Below are positions 16,330 through 26,281 of a stretch of 38,537 nt of DNA, one piece after another. Source of the DNA: Pseudomonadota bacterium (GTDB lineage: Bacteria > UBA10199 > 2-02-FULL-44-16 > JAAZCA01); contig JAZDOG010000057.1 of NCBI GenBank assembly GCA_043798915.1, positions 1 through 38,537 of the forward strand, in the 5' to 3' direction. The first letter of the stretch is position 1. Each line of letters opens with the position of its first letter. Under the pieces are notes generated by a model that saw only the letters and a program-made list of their open reading frames with translations, was not told where the DNA came from and searched no databases. A program made the position numbers and the translations under genes.

Positions 16330-17871
16330 ATGGCCGATATCATCTCATTCAATCCAGCAACGCTCGAGGAGATCGGGCGAACTAATGTCACGCCCACCCC
16401 AAAGGTGATGGAGTATGTCGCCGAGGCCCGCGCCGCCTATTCGATCTGGGACCGCATGGGCTTTGCGGAGCGCGGGAAGAGGCTTCTTAAGGCTCGCGAG
16501 TATCTCCTGGATCACGTCGACGACTTTGCCAGAACCATAACGCTCGACAACGGCAAGCCCTTGGTCGAGGCGCTGACCGCCGAGATATTTCCGGTCGCCG
16601 ACCTCATCCATTACTTCGCGCACAACGCCGAAAGGCTCCTCAAAGGTTCGAAGGTGCCGATCGGCGTCATGGGCCTTCTCCGCCGCAGCTCCCGCATCTC
16701 ATTCAGGCCCATCGGAGTCGTCGGCATCATCAGCCCGTGGAACTATCCGTTCTCGATACCAGCTGGAGAGACGGCGATGGCGCTCATCTGCGGCAACGCC
16801 GTCCTCTTGAAGCCCTCGTCCGCGACGGCGCTCGTGGGCCGGAAGATCGAGGAGATGTTCTCCGTGGCGGGGCTGCCGCCCGGTGTATTCAGGCACCTGC
16901 CGGGCGACGCCGCAACCGGCGAGACGCTCACGACTTCAAGCATAGGCAAGCTCTTCTTCACCGGGAGCGTTGGCGCGGGCAGGCAGGTCATGGCCGCATG
17001 CGCCAGGAATCTGACGCCGCTGGTGCTGGAACTGGGCGGCAAGGATCCGATGATCGTCCGGGCGGACGCGGACATGGAGCAGGCGACAAGCGGCGCGGTG
17101 TGGGGCGCGTTCACCAACTGCGGCCAGTGCTGCGCCTCCGTCGAGCGGGTCTATGTCCACGAGTCCATCTTCGACAGATTCGTGAAGATGTGCGTCGAGA
17201 AGGCGGCGCGCCTTAAAGTCGGCAATGGGCTCGAGGCCGGCACGGACATCGGCGCGATGACGACGCTAGACCAGCTCCAGAAGGTGGAGGCGCACGTCGA
17301 GGACGCCATCTCCCGCGGCGCGAAGATACGCTGCGGCGGTGAGCGCATCCGCGATATGCGGGGCCATTTCTTCCCGCCCACGATCATCACCGGCATCGAC
17401 CACAGCTTCGCCTGCGTGCGCGACGAGACCTTCGGGCCTCTGATGCCGGTAATGCCCTTCGTGGACGACATGCAGGCTATAAGGTTTGCAAACGACACCG
17501 CCTACGGCCTCACTGCGTCCGTCTGGTCGCGCGACATCGGGACGGCGGAGAGGATGGCGCGGGAGATACGAGCCGGCACGGTGATGATAAACGACTGCGT
17601 CTTCACGCACGCGCTATCGCAGACGCCGTGGGGCGGCTGCAAAGCCTCCGGCTTCGGAAGGTCCCATTCGCGCTTCGGGCTGCAGGAGATGGTCGAGATC
17701 AGACACGTCCACACCAACAGGCTCCGTCGCAAGGATATTTGGTGGTATGGATACGATTCCCCGCTCTATTCCAATTTCGCGAAGCTCGCGCGCCATCTCA
17801 CCGGCGGCGTCTTCTCGCAGATCCGTGCCGTGCCCTCGTTTGCCAGGCTATGGTTCAAGAAAAAACTGTAG
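16330..17871 (+). CDS. Aldehyde dehydrogenase family protein
   Basis: ISPWNYP, FFTGS, ELGGKDP, GQCCAS catalytic Cys, ETFGP. Confidence 0.95.
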   Translation: MADIISFNPATLEEIGRTNVTPTPKVMEYVAEARAAYSIWDRMGFAERGKRLLKAREYLLDHVDDFARTITLDNGKPLVEALTAEIFPVADLIHYFAHNAERLLKGSKVPIGVMGLLRRSSRISFRPIGVVGIISPWNYPFSIPAGETAMALICGNAVLLKPSSATALVGRKIEEMFSVAGLPPGVFRHLPGDAATGETLTTSSIGKLFFTGSVGAGRQVMAACARNLTPLVLELGGKDPMIVRADADMEQATSGAVWGAFTNCGQCCASVERVYVHESIFDRFVKMCVEKAARLKVGNGLEAGTDIGAMTTLDQLQKVEAHVEDAISRGAKIRCGGERIRDMRGHFFPPTIITGIDHSFACVRDETFGPLMPVMPFVDDMQAIRFANDTAYGLTASVWSRDIGTAERMAREIRAGTVMINDCVFTHALSQTPWGGCKASGFGRSHSRFGLQEMVEIRHVHTNRLRRKDIWWYGYDSPLYSNFAKLARHLTGGVFSQIRAVPSFARLWFKKKL

Positions 17872-17877
17872 TTTATT

Positions 17878-18405
17878 TTAACCAATCCGCTTCATATCCT
17901 GGCGATACGTCCGCGCGATTTCGACGTAGAGGCCTTTGAATTTCGTCCACGTCGCCTTGTATTCTTCGTCGACGGCGCCGATCACCTTTGCCGGCACTCC
18001 AACAGCTATCGCCCCGTCCGGAATCTCCTGGCGGTTTTTCACGACCGCGCCCTCGCCGATTGCCGCCCAGTGGCCCACCCTGGCCCAGTCCGAGATTATG
18101 GCGCCCATTCCGATCACCGCGAAGTCCCCGATTTCCGAAACGCCGTGGACTATCGCGCCGTGGCCGATCGTCACATCGGAGGTGATCGTTGCTTCTTCGC
18201 CCGGCCTCGCATGGATCGTGGCGTTTTCCTCGACGGCCGTCCTGTCGCCGATTCGGATGCGGCCATAGTCGCCGCGGATGATTGCGCCTGGCCCCACGTA
18301 GCAGCCCTCGCCCAGCGATACGTCGCCTATCACCTCGGCGGAATCGGCGATGTAACAGCCATCGCCTATCACTGGCCGCCTTCCTTTGTATTCAAATATA
18401 GCCAT
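17878..18405 (-). CDS. Gamma carbonic anhydrase family (hexapeptide repeat) protein
   Basis: IGDV, IRGD, TIHA, TIGHGAIVHG, IGMGA. Confidence 0.9.
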   Translation of the reverse strand: MAIFEYKGRRPVIGDGCYIADSAEVIGDVSLGEGCYVGPGAIIRGDYGRIRIGDRTAVEENATIHARPGEEATITSDVTIGHGAIVHGVSEIGDFAVIGMGAIISDWARVGHWAAIGEGAVVKNRQEIPDGAIAVGVPAKVIGAVDEEYKATWTKFKGLYVEIARTYRQDMKRIG

Positions 18406-18409
18406 TGGT

Positions 18410-19801
18410 TTACGATCCTTGCGTCATCGCGCATGCGTCGAGGAGTTTGTCGATCTCGGCCTCGGTTGCGATCTTTTTCTCAATTGCAACCTCACGGATC
18501 GTCATGCCCCTCGCCTCGGCTTCCTTCGCTATGGAAGCGGCGCGGGAATATCCGATCTTCGGAACGAGGGCGGTGGCCAGCGCCAGCGACCTGTCGATGC
18601 CGCGGCGGCATGCCTCCTCATTTGCCTCTATCCCGGAGACGCAGCGCCTCGCGAAGAGCGCGGCGGCATTCGAAAGGATATCGATCGATTCGAGAATATT
18701 TGCAGCGACCACCGGCAGCTGCGTGTTGAGCTCGAGGTGCCCGGCGGCCGCGGCAAGCGACACCGCAAGGTCGTCAGCGATCACCTGTGTTGCAACCTGC
18801 GCCACGATCTCCGGTATCGCGGGATTGACTTTGCCTGGCATGATCGACGAACCAGGCTGAACGGCGGGGAGCTTTATTTCGCCCAAACCGAGCGCCGGGC
18901 CTGATGCCAGGAGCCTTATGTCGTCGGCTATCCTGGCGAGAGCGACCGCGGCAGCCTTGAGCGCGCCGCTCAGTTCGATGCACGGGCCGCGCGAGGAGAG
19001 GGCCTCGAAGCGGTTGGGTGCGGGTTTGAAATCCATGTCGAGTTCGAGAGAGAGGGATGCGCAGGCCTTTGCCGCAAAATCCGGGTGCGCGCCGAAGCCG
19101 GTTCCGACCGCGGTGCTCCCCAGTGCGAGTTCCGAGAGGGCCGGCAGCGCGCGCCCGATCCTTTCGATGGAGCTCTTGATCTGACCTGCCCATCCCCGGA
19201 ATTCCTGCCCGAGCCTCACCGGAAGGGCGTCCATCAGATGCGTCCGGCCGATCTTGAGGATGTGATCGAATTCCGCCGACTTGGTCTTGAGCGCCGTGAA
19301 GAGTTCCTCAAGCGCAGGGATGAGCCTGCGCTTTATCTCGACAGCGGCCGAGATGTGGAGGGCGGAGGGCATCACGTCGTTGGAAGACTGGCATCTGTTG
19401 ACGTGGTCGTTCGGATGAACCGGATTCCAGTCGCCCAGCGATTCTCCGAGCTTCAAATTCGCGAGGCTGGCGATAACCTCGTTCGCGTTCATGTTCGTCG
19501 ATGTGCCGGAACCGGTCTGGAAGATATCGAGAGGGAACTGGCTGAAGTGGCCTCCCTGGCAGACCTCCTCCGCTGCGGAGACTATGGCGGAAGAGAGCTT
19601 CTTCTCAAGCAGGCCCAGTTCCCCGTTGGCCAGCGCGGCGGCCCGTTTGACCCCTGACAGCGCCTTGATGAAAGACGCTGGGAAACTGCGCCCACTCACC
19701 GGGGAGCACTCCATGGCGCGCTGTGTGGCTGCCCCCCACAGCGCATCCGAAGGGACGGAGATATCACCCAGGGAATCGGTCTCGGTCCTGAAGGACGGCA
19801 T
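18410..19801 (-). CDS. fumC: Class II fumarate hydratase
   Basis: QTGSGTSTNMNANEV, KIGRTHLMDA, GSSIMPGKVNP. Confidence 0.85.
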   Translation of the reverse strand: MPSFRTETDSLGDISVPSDALWGAATQRAMECSPVSGRSFPASFIKALSGVKRAAALANGELGLLEKKLSSAIVSAAEEVCQGGHFSQFPLDIFQTGSGTSTNMNANEVIASLANLKLGESLGDWNPVHPNDHVNRCQSSNDVMPSALHISAAVEIKRRLIPALEELFTALKTKSAEFDHILKIGRTHLMDALPVRLGQEFRGWAGQIKSSIERIGRALPALSELALGSTAVGTGFGAHPDFAAKACASLSLELDMDFKPAPNRFEALSSRGPCIELSGALKAAAVALARIADDIRLLASGPALGLGEIKLPAVQPGSSIMPGKVNPAIPEIVAQVATQVIADDLAVSLAAAAGHLELNTQLPVVAANILESIDILSNAAALFARRCVSGIEANEEACRRGIDRSLALATALVPKIGYSRAASIAKEAEARGMTIREVAIEKKIATEAEIDKLLDACAMTQGS

Positions 19802-19807
19802 GGCTCT

Positions 19808-20587
19808 TTATCTCCGCGCGCGGCCGCGCTGCGGTGAGGCGGCCTTTTTTGGAGGGGGCGCTGCGGCAGCGGGTGCGCTCTCGCCCCGTTGCGTCGCATC
19901 GCATAGTCTCAAGTACATCTGCGCGTACTCGTTGTCCGGCTCCTTCGCGAGCGCGGCCTTCCAGCTCTTCTTGGCATCGGGTATCTTGCCCATCGTGTAG
20001 TAGGTGATCCCCATCTGGATCAGCGCCGGGCAATAATTTCCGTCGGCCCGGAGCACTGCCTTGAGCTCCTTGAGCGATTCCGCCGGCTGGTTGTTTTCCC
20101 TCTGCGCCTGGCCCAGCTTTGTGCGGATGTCGAAATAGGTCGGGTTCAGCTCCAGGGCCTTGTGGTATTCGCCGATCGCGTGGGAGTAGAGGCCTATCGA
20201 GCGGTATATGTCGCCGATATCCGCGTGCAGGTTGGACAGCTTGCCGCGGAGCACCGGCTCTATCTGCGTATTCCCGGCAGCTTTCCTGCCCTTGAGGGAG
20301 CTGTAGAGCTTCTTCGCCTCCGCGTACTGGCCGAGGTCGTTGTAGAGGACGGCGAGGTTTAGGATCGCCTCGGTGTAGCGCGGGTTGATCTCGAGCGCCT
20401 TGCGGAAGTAATCGATCGAGGAGGCGAAGCGGCCCTCGACGTGCGAGATGACCCCCAGCATGTTGAGCACGTCCGCGAAGTGGCCGCTCTTGTCCAACAC
20501 GCGCCGGAGATATTCTTCAGCCTGTGCATATTGCTTGTTGTCGAAGTACTGCTTGCCGACAGAGAGGAGCTCTTTCAGGGTTTCCAT
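19808..20587 (-). CDS. Tetratricopeptide repeat protein
   Basis: Multiple TPR motifs (ALEINPRY, ALELNPTY); directly downstream of bamD. Confidence 0.85.
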   Translation of the reverse strand: METLKELLSVGKQYFDNKQYAQAEEYLRRVLDKSGHFADVLNMLGVISHVEGRFASSIDYFRKALEINPRYTEAILNLAVLYNDLGQYAEAKKLYSSLKGRKAAGNTQIEPVLRGKLSNLHADIGDIYRSIGLYSHAIGEYHKALELNPTYFDIRTKLGQAQRENNQPAESLKELKAVLRADGNYCPALIQMGITYYTMGKIPDAKKSWKAALAKEPDNEYAQMYLRLCDATQRGESAPAAAAPPPKKAASPQRGRARR

Positions 20588-20613
20588 TTTTAATCCCCCT
20601 TCACTGGAACCTG

Positions 20614-21369
20614 TTATTTTGCAGCTCTAATCATCTTTTTCTCCGCGCTCTTCACATATTTGCTGCCGGAATAGCGGGACTGCAGGGCGGAGTAGGCCTC
20701 CTTCGCTTCATCCCTGTGGCCGAGTTTCAGATCGGCCACGACCATCAGGTAGAGCGACCGGTCGGCCAGACCCGATTCGGGATAGTTTTCTGCGACTTCC
20801 TTGAAGCGCGGCACGGCTGCCAGATACTGGCCGGTCCTGTAGTAGAATCGTCCGATGTAGAAGTTGCGCCTTGCAATTCTTCTGATTGCCACCTGGAGCG
20901 TGGCGCGGGACTGCTCGGTGTATTTGCTGCCGGGATAGCGCCTGAGCACCGTGCGGAGTTGTTCGATGGCGTTGGTCAGATACTGCTGGTCGCGATCGAT
21001 CGCCTTCGGGCTCTCTTTGTAATAGGCGACCCCCGAGCGGTAGTGAGCATAGTCGGCCTTCGGGTTCGTGGGGTAGAGCCGGAGGAAAGCCTGATAGGAC
21101 TCCGCGGCGACGAGGTAGTCCTTCTTTCCGAACTGGGCGTCGCCGATTTTGAGCTCCGCCTCCTGCCCCTCGGCAGTCTGCGGGTAGCGCGCCTTGAACA
21201 TCTCCATGCACTGGATGGTGTCCTCAAACTTTCCCTTCGCCGAGAGCCGCATGCAGGCCTTGAACTCGCTCTCGGGATCTCCCTTTCCGACGGAGATCTG
21301 CTGCTTCGTGCACGAGGATGTCGCGAGCACGGCCAAAAGCAGAAGGATCGCTGTCCATAGTGATTTCAT
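20614..21369 (-). CDS. bamD: Outer membrane protein assembly factor BamD
   Basis: Lipobox-like ATSSC, FLRLYP...ADYAHY, DRDQ, RRYPGSKY, IGRFYY. Confidence 0.88.
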   Translation of the reverse strand: MKSLWTAILLLLAVLATSSCTKQQISVGKGDPESEFKACMRLSAKGKFEDTIQCMEMFKARYPQTAEGQEAELKIGDAQFGKKDYLVAAESYQAFLRLYPTNPKADYAHYRSGVAYYKESPKAIDRDQQYLTNAIEQLRTVLRRYPGSKYTEQSRATLQVAIRRIARRNFYIGRFYYRTGQYLAAVPRFKEVAENYPESGLADRSLYLMVVADLKLGHRDEAKEAYSALQSRYSGSKYVKSAEKKMIRAAK

Positions 21370-21468
21370 GGGGGCCGATAGTAGGTAATGGGCGCGGAAA
21401 TCGCAATAGCGAAATTGACGCCGCTCGCGATGCATTTCCAAAAGCCACTTTTCCAATATGGGGCCCGC

Positions 21469-21497
21469 TTGACATAAAATTTGCAGGGAAGTAACTA
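21469..21497 (+). promoter_or_regulatory. Sigma70-type promoter for DUF1844-degQ
   Basis: TTGACA-N17-TAACTA. Confidence 0.4.
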
Positions 21498-21523
21498 ACC
21501 CGCTCTTATGAAGGGGGTGAAAT

Positions 21524-21808
21524 ATGGCGGAAAAGGATGAGAGGGGTGAGGGGGCGGGGCCCATGCCCGAGATAAATTTTCTGACATTTGTCCTTTCGCT
21601 TGCCACCTCGGCCCAGGTCCACCTGGGGGTGGTGCCGAATCCGGTGTCCGGCAAAGAGGAGAAAGATATGGGGGCGGCCAAGCAGACGATAGATATCCTG
21701 GGGATCCTGCAGGAGAAGACGAAGGGGAACTTGAGCGATGATGAAGACCGCCTGCTGCAGCATGTGCTCTATGACTTGAGGATGATGTATGTGGAGAAGA
21801 ACAAGTGA
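21524..21808 (+). CDS. DUF1844 family protein
   Basis: FLTFVLSLATSAQVHLG...AKQTIDILGILQEKTKGNL...LYDLRM. Confidence 0.85.
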   Translation: MAEKDERGEGAGPMPEINFLTFVLSLATSAQVHLGVVPNPVSGKEEKDMGAAKQTIDILGILQEKTKGNLSDDEDRLLQHVLYDLRMMYVEKNK

Positions 21809-21827
21809 TCGAGGAGGCAATAACATT

Positions 21828-23324
21828 ATGAAGAAACGCTATTCCATATTTACGGTCGTCGGCATCTCGGTTTTGACGGCCGCGGTCGTGGTGGCAGCCC
21901 TCGCGTGGACCGGCAGCGTGCGGAAGGGTCACAGCGTGGAGATCGTGACGCCCCGCGCTCCGGACGCGGCGGTAAGGCCTGCATCATGGTTCGAGGCCCA
22001 GCCGATGTCCTTCGCCGACCTGGCGCAGAAGGTCCAGTCGGCGGTCGTCAACATTTCGACGAGCAAGATCCTCAGCGGCCGTCCCGGCAAGATGGTGCCT
22101 TTCCCGCATATGGGGCCGAGGGACGATTTCGACGATTTCTTCAATAAATTTTTCGAGGGGATGCCGCGGGAGCAGACGCAGCGGAGCTTGGGGTCCGGCT
22201 TCATCATCGACAAGAATGGCACTATCCTCACGAACAACCATGTGATCTCGCAGGCCGACGAAATCGAGGTGCAGACCGCCGACGGCAAGAAATACAAGGC
22301 GAAGGTCGTGGGAGTCGACGAGAAGACCGATATCGCCGTGATCCGCATCAAGGTGGACAAGGACCTGCCCTATGAGGTCCTCGGGAGTTCCAAGGCGATG
22401 AGGCCGGGCGACTGGGTGATGGCGATCGGCAACCCCTTCGGCTTGGAGCACACGGTCACCGTCGGCGTGATCTCGGCGATGGGCAGGGCGATAGGCGGAG
22501 GCCCTTATGCCAGGTTCATCCAGACCGATGCATCGATCAACCCGGGCAACAGCGGCGGGCCGCTCTTCAACCTGAAGGGCGAGGTGATCGGAATTAATAC
22601 GATGATCTACGCCGGCGGCCAGGGGATCGGCTTCGCCATCCCCGTCGACCTCGCAAGGGGCCTCTTGCCCGAGCTGGTGGAGAAGGGCGTCGTGTCGCGC
22701 GGCTGGCTCGGCGTTTCGATTCAGGAGGTGACGCCGGAGCTCGCCAAATCATTCGGCCTCAAGGAGGAGAATGGCGCTCTGATAGCCGAGGTCTTCAGCT
22801 CTTCGCCTGCGGCCAAGGCCGGCCTCATGCGCGGCGATGTGGTCCTCGAATACAACGGCCAGAAGATCGACGACCCCTACGATCTCTCGCTTGCGGTGGG
22901 CGAGACCAAGCCTAATGCGGATGCCAAACTCCTGGTCGTGCGCGGCAGCGAGCGCAAGGAGTTTACTATCAAGATGGGAAAACAGGAGGGGAAGGAGACA
23001 TCAGCCCCGACGGATCAGGGAAAGGCGGAGAGCGGAAAGGCCGACGCGCTGGGTCTGGTCGCCAAGGAGATCACAGCGGACGATGCGCGGCAGCTCGATG
23101 TGCCGGAGAGCTTTCGCGGCGTGGTCGTGGAGAGGGTCGAGCCGGGCTCCGCTGCCGAGGGCGCCGATGTCCGCGCCGGGGACGTTATCCTCGAGATCAA
23201 CAGCGCGAAGATCAGCGCGCTGGGGGATTACACGGGCGTCGTCGGAAAGCTCAAGAAGGGTGACATAGTGAGGCTATTCATAAAGCGGGGCAGGGCGAGC
23301 ATCTATCTCGCATTCACGCTTTAG
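21828..23324 (+). CDS. degQ: Do/DegQ (HtrA) serine endoprotease with two PDZ domains
   Basis: GSGFII, TNNHV, TDIAV, INPGNSGG; GAGGAGG RBS. Confidence 0.93.
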   Translation: MKKRYSIFTVVGISVLTAAVVVAALAWTGSVRKGHSVEIVTPRAPDAAVRPASWFEAQPMSFADLAQKVQSAVVNISTSKILSGRPGKMVPFPHMGPRDDFDDFFNKFFEGMPREQTQRSLGSGFIIDKNGTILTNNHVISQADEIEVQTADGKKYKAKVVGVDEKTDIAVIRIKVDKDLPYEVLGSSKAMRPGDWVMAIGNPFGLEHTVTVGVISAMGRAIGGGPYARFIQTDASINPGNSGGPLFNLKGEVIGINTMIYAGGQGIGFAIPVDLARGLLPELVEKGVVSRGWLGVSIQEVTPELAKSFGLKEENGALIAEVFSSSPAAKAGLMRGDVVLEYNGQKIDDPYDLSLAVGETKPNADAKLLVVRGSERKEFTIKMGKQEGKETSAPTDQGKAESGKADALGLVAKEITADDARQLDVPESFRGVVVERVEPGSAAEGADVRAGDVILEINSAKISALGDYTGVVGKLKKGDIVRLFIKRGRASIYLAFTL

Positions 23325-23347
23325 GAAGATTGCAGCAAAGACAGGGC

Positions 23348-23384
23348 AAAAAAAGGGCCGGAGGAATTAACCTCCGGCCCTTTT
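23348..23384. terminator. Bidirectional intrinsic terminator
   Basis: A-run + GGGCCGGAGG-AATTAA-CCTCCGGCCC + TTTT between convergent genes. Confidence 0.9.
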
Positions 23385-23402
23385 GATCATCGATCATCAG
23401 CC

Positions 23403-24926
23403 TCAATGGCAGTCGGGGCTGAACGGGCACTTGTCGACGTCGTTCGTGTAGCCGTCGCGATCGTAGTCGATGTCGCAAGCATCGCCCTGACCGTCGCTGT
23501 TCCAATCCTCCTGATGATCATTTGGAACGTATGGGCAATTGTCCGCTGCATTGAGGTCCCCGTCGCCGTCCATGTCGGCATCGCACGCATTTCCGATGCC
23601 TTCCGCATCTATGTCGGTCTGAAGCGGATTGACCACTAACGCACAGTTGTCGTCGCATTTGGTCTGTACGCCGTCTCCCTCCGGGCTGCCTGGCGAGCCC
23701 CATCCGGTGCACAGTTGAGACGGACGAATCAGGGCAGGGGTGTCGGCTATGGTGTCATCCCAACGGTCCAGGACGCCGTCGTTGTCGTTGTCCTTGTCAC
23801 AGACGTCGCCACCGCGGTATTTCACGGACGTGTCGTTGGCGTCGCCGTCAGAATCCTTCTGGTCGGCATTGGGCACGTACGTGCAGTTGTCGTAACAGTT
23901 GGTTGTCGCTCCACCCGTGCATAATTCCCACGGTTTTCCGTGACTGTCGACGTTGATCGGCGTCCCCGTGAGGTGATTGGGGAGCCCGTCGCCATCGATG
24001 TCGGGATCGCATACATCGCCAAGCCCGTCGTTGTCGGTGTCCTTCTGGTCGTTGTTGGCCGCGTCAGGACAGTTGTCGGCGCCATTAAGAACTCCATCGC
24101 CATCCCTGTCCGGATCGCAGACATCTCCCAGCCCGTCGCCATCCATATCGGCCTGGTCAGGGTTGACTGTCAGCTCGCAGTTGTCGACCTTGTTCGGTAT
24201 GCCGTCGCCGTCGATGTCGCCGTCGCAGACATCTCCAGTGCCGTCGCCGTCGGTGTCCTTCTGGTCGGCGTTGGCTGCCTTCGGACAGTTGTCGGCCGCG
24301 TTGAGCACGCCATCGTTATCTATATCGGAATCGCATGCATCGCCCAGCCCATCGCCATCGGTATCGACCTGGTCGTTGTTGCGAACATTGGGGCAGTTGT
24401 CTGTATTGTTGGGAATCCCGTCGCCGTCATGGTCGGGATCGCAGACATCGCCGATGCCGTCGTGATCCATATCCGCCTGATCCGGGTTGGCGATATCCGG
24501 ACAGTTGTCCTTTGCGTCGCTGATACCATCGCCGTCACGGTCGTTGAAGGTTGCATCGCAGACATCGCCGATGCTGTCGCTGTCGGCATCCGCCTGGTCA
24601 GGATTGGAAACCTTCGGGCAGTTGTCGGAGACATTCGGTATGCCGTCGCCGTCCATGTCCTCATCGCATACATCCCCGATGCCGTCGCCGTCCATGTCCG
24701 CCTGGTCTGGATTGTAGATAGTCGAGCAGTTGTCTGTGCCGTCGGGAATGCCGTCGCCGTCCGTATCTGCGGGGAGGGCGATGCTGGGAGTGGGCTCCGG
24801 CGGAGATGGCAATTCGATTTGACCGCTTCCGGCATTGTGGCCGCAGCCCGTGAGTTGGATGACAGCAAATGCCGCGATCGCAGCGGCCAGAAGCAAAAAC
24901 AGCGCCCCGCGTCTCTCCCTAGCCAT
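23403..24926 (-). CDS. Thrombospondin type-3 repeat lipoprotein
   Basis: Lipobox LTGC; about 11 DxDGDG...DNCP..N.DQ.D.D.DG.GDxCD repeats. Confidence 0.9.
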   Translation of the reverse strand: MARERRGALFLLLAAAIAAFAVIQLTGCGHNAGSGQIELPSPPEPTPSIALPADTDGDGIPDGTDNCSTIYNPDQADMDGDGIGDVCDEDMDGDGIPNVSDNCPKVSNPDQADADSDSIGDVCDATFNDRDGDGISDAKDNCPDIANPDQADMDHDGIGDVCDPDHDGDGIPNNTDNCPNVRNNDQVDTDGDGLGDACDSDIDNDGVLNAADNCPKAANADQKDTDGDGTGDVCDGDIDGDGIPNKVDNCELTVNPDQADMDGDGLGDVCDPDRDGDGVLNGADNCPDAANNDQKDTDNDGLGDVCDPDIDGDGLPNHLTGTPINVDSHGKPWELCTGGATTNCYDNCTYVPNADQKDSDGDANDTSVKYRGGDVCDKDNDNDGVLDRWDDTIADTPALIRPSQLCTGWGSPGSPEGDGVQTKCDDNCALVVNPLQTDIDAEGIGNACDADMDGDGDLNAADNCPYVPNDHQEDWNSDGQGDACDIDYDRDGYTNDVDKCPFSPDCH

Positions 24927-25212
24927 ATCCCCCCCCTAACATGTTGAGATTACTGAATTTTATTAAAGAACCCCAGAACAGCTATTCGATGTTTATCACA
25001 AATATACCAAGCGCGCAACAGGTTAACCCGTATTTTTTGAAGTGATTTGGATAAACGCAAATCATGGCCTTGATTTGTATATGGAATGTCAAGCTTTCTT
25101 GTGTCAGACGGAGCAACTTTTTGACTGACACGGTAACCGGCTTCCTGTATAAATCATCGGTTCAAGGCGTGGGCGGTCTCTCAAAAAGGGCCTTTTCGGC
25201 CGGAGGTGCACA

Positions 25213-26280
25213 GTGAAATCGATGTTCATGAAGAGGCGTTCCCGCAAACAGGGCCTTCCGCCCGGGAGCCTGATCCACATAGGCGAGCGAAGGAGCGAGC
25301 GGACGAACATCTCGGTCATCGAATACGGAGAGACCGCGATGCGCGAGATTGAAAGCGCGACTCTCGAACAGTGCGGGCCGCCCCAGGACGCGAAGTCCGT
25401 GGCATGGATAGATGTGGAGGGGCTCAACGAGGTCGGGGTGCTCGAGAAGATCGGCGAGCGGTTCGGCCTTCATCCTCTGGTGCTCGAGGATATCCTGAAT
25501 ACCGACCAGCGCCCCAAGATGGAGGACTACGGCAGCTACATCTACATCGTCCTCAGGATGCTCTGCCCGGAGGCAAAGGGAAACGGGATCATTTCCGACC
25601 AGGTGAGCATCATCCTCGGGGCCAATTTTGTCATCTCCTTCCAGGAGGGGAAGCTCGACGTGTTCGATCCTGTGAGGGCGCGCATCAAGGGCGGGAAGGG
25701 CCGCTTGAGGACGATGGGCGCCAGCTATCTCGCATATGCGCTCGTGGACTCTGTCGTCGACAGGCTCTTCACCATCACGGAGAAATTCGGCGACGAGATA
25801 GACGACCTCGAGGACGCCCTCCTTGGCAAGCCTTCGCCCGAGACGCTCCACAGGATCCACGCGCTCAAGAAGGACCTGCTCTTTCTGCGCCGAGCCGTAT
25901 GGCCGCTGCGCGAGCTGATCGGAGGCCTGCAGAGGGGCGAATCGGAGCTGGTGGGCGAGCACGTGCGGATGTATCTGCGGGACGTCTACGACCACGTGGC
26001 CTATCTGATCGACACGGTCGAGACCTTTCGCGACATGCTCTCCGGCATGCTCGACATCTATCTCTCGAGCATCAACAACCGGATGAACGAAGTGATAAAG
26101 GTCCTGACGATGATCGCGACGATATTCATGCCCCTCACGTTTATCGCGGGCGTCTATGGGATGAATTTTAAATTCATGCCTGAGCTCGACTGGAGATACG
26201 GCTACCCGGCCGTCTGGGCCGCGATGATCTCCGTGACGCTTGCAATGTTCGCATTTTTCCGGAAGAAGAGGTGGATATAA
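25213..26280 (+). CDS. corA: Mg/Co transporter CorA
   Basis: LHPLVLEDI, QRPKME, YGMNF signature, MPEL. Confidence 0.96.
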   Translation: MKSMFMKRRSRKQGLPPGSLIHIGERRSERTNISVIEYGETAMREIESATLEQCGPPQDAKSVAWIDVEGLNEVGVLEKIGERFGLHPLVLEDILNTDQRPKMEDYGSYIYIVLRMLCPEAKGNGIISDQVSIILGANFVISFQEGKLDVFDPVRARIKGGKGRLRTMGASYLAYALVDSVVDRLFTITEKFGDEIDDLEDALLGKPSPETLHRIHALKKDLLFLRRAVWPLRELIGGLQRGESELVGEHVRMYLRDVYDHVAYLIDTVETFRDMLSGMLDIYLSSINNRMNEVIKVLTMIATIFMPLTFIAGVYGMNFKFMPELDWRYGYPAVWAAMISVTLAMFAFFRKKRWI

Positions 26281-26281
26281 T

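Noticed and set aside
23403..24800. CRISPR-like periodic repeats
   Set aside because: The repeats are degenerate, codon-phased TSP3 coding units; no identical repeats with unique spacers and no cas genes.
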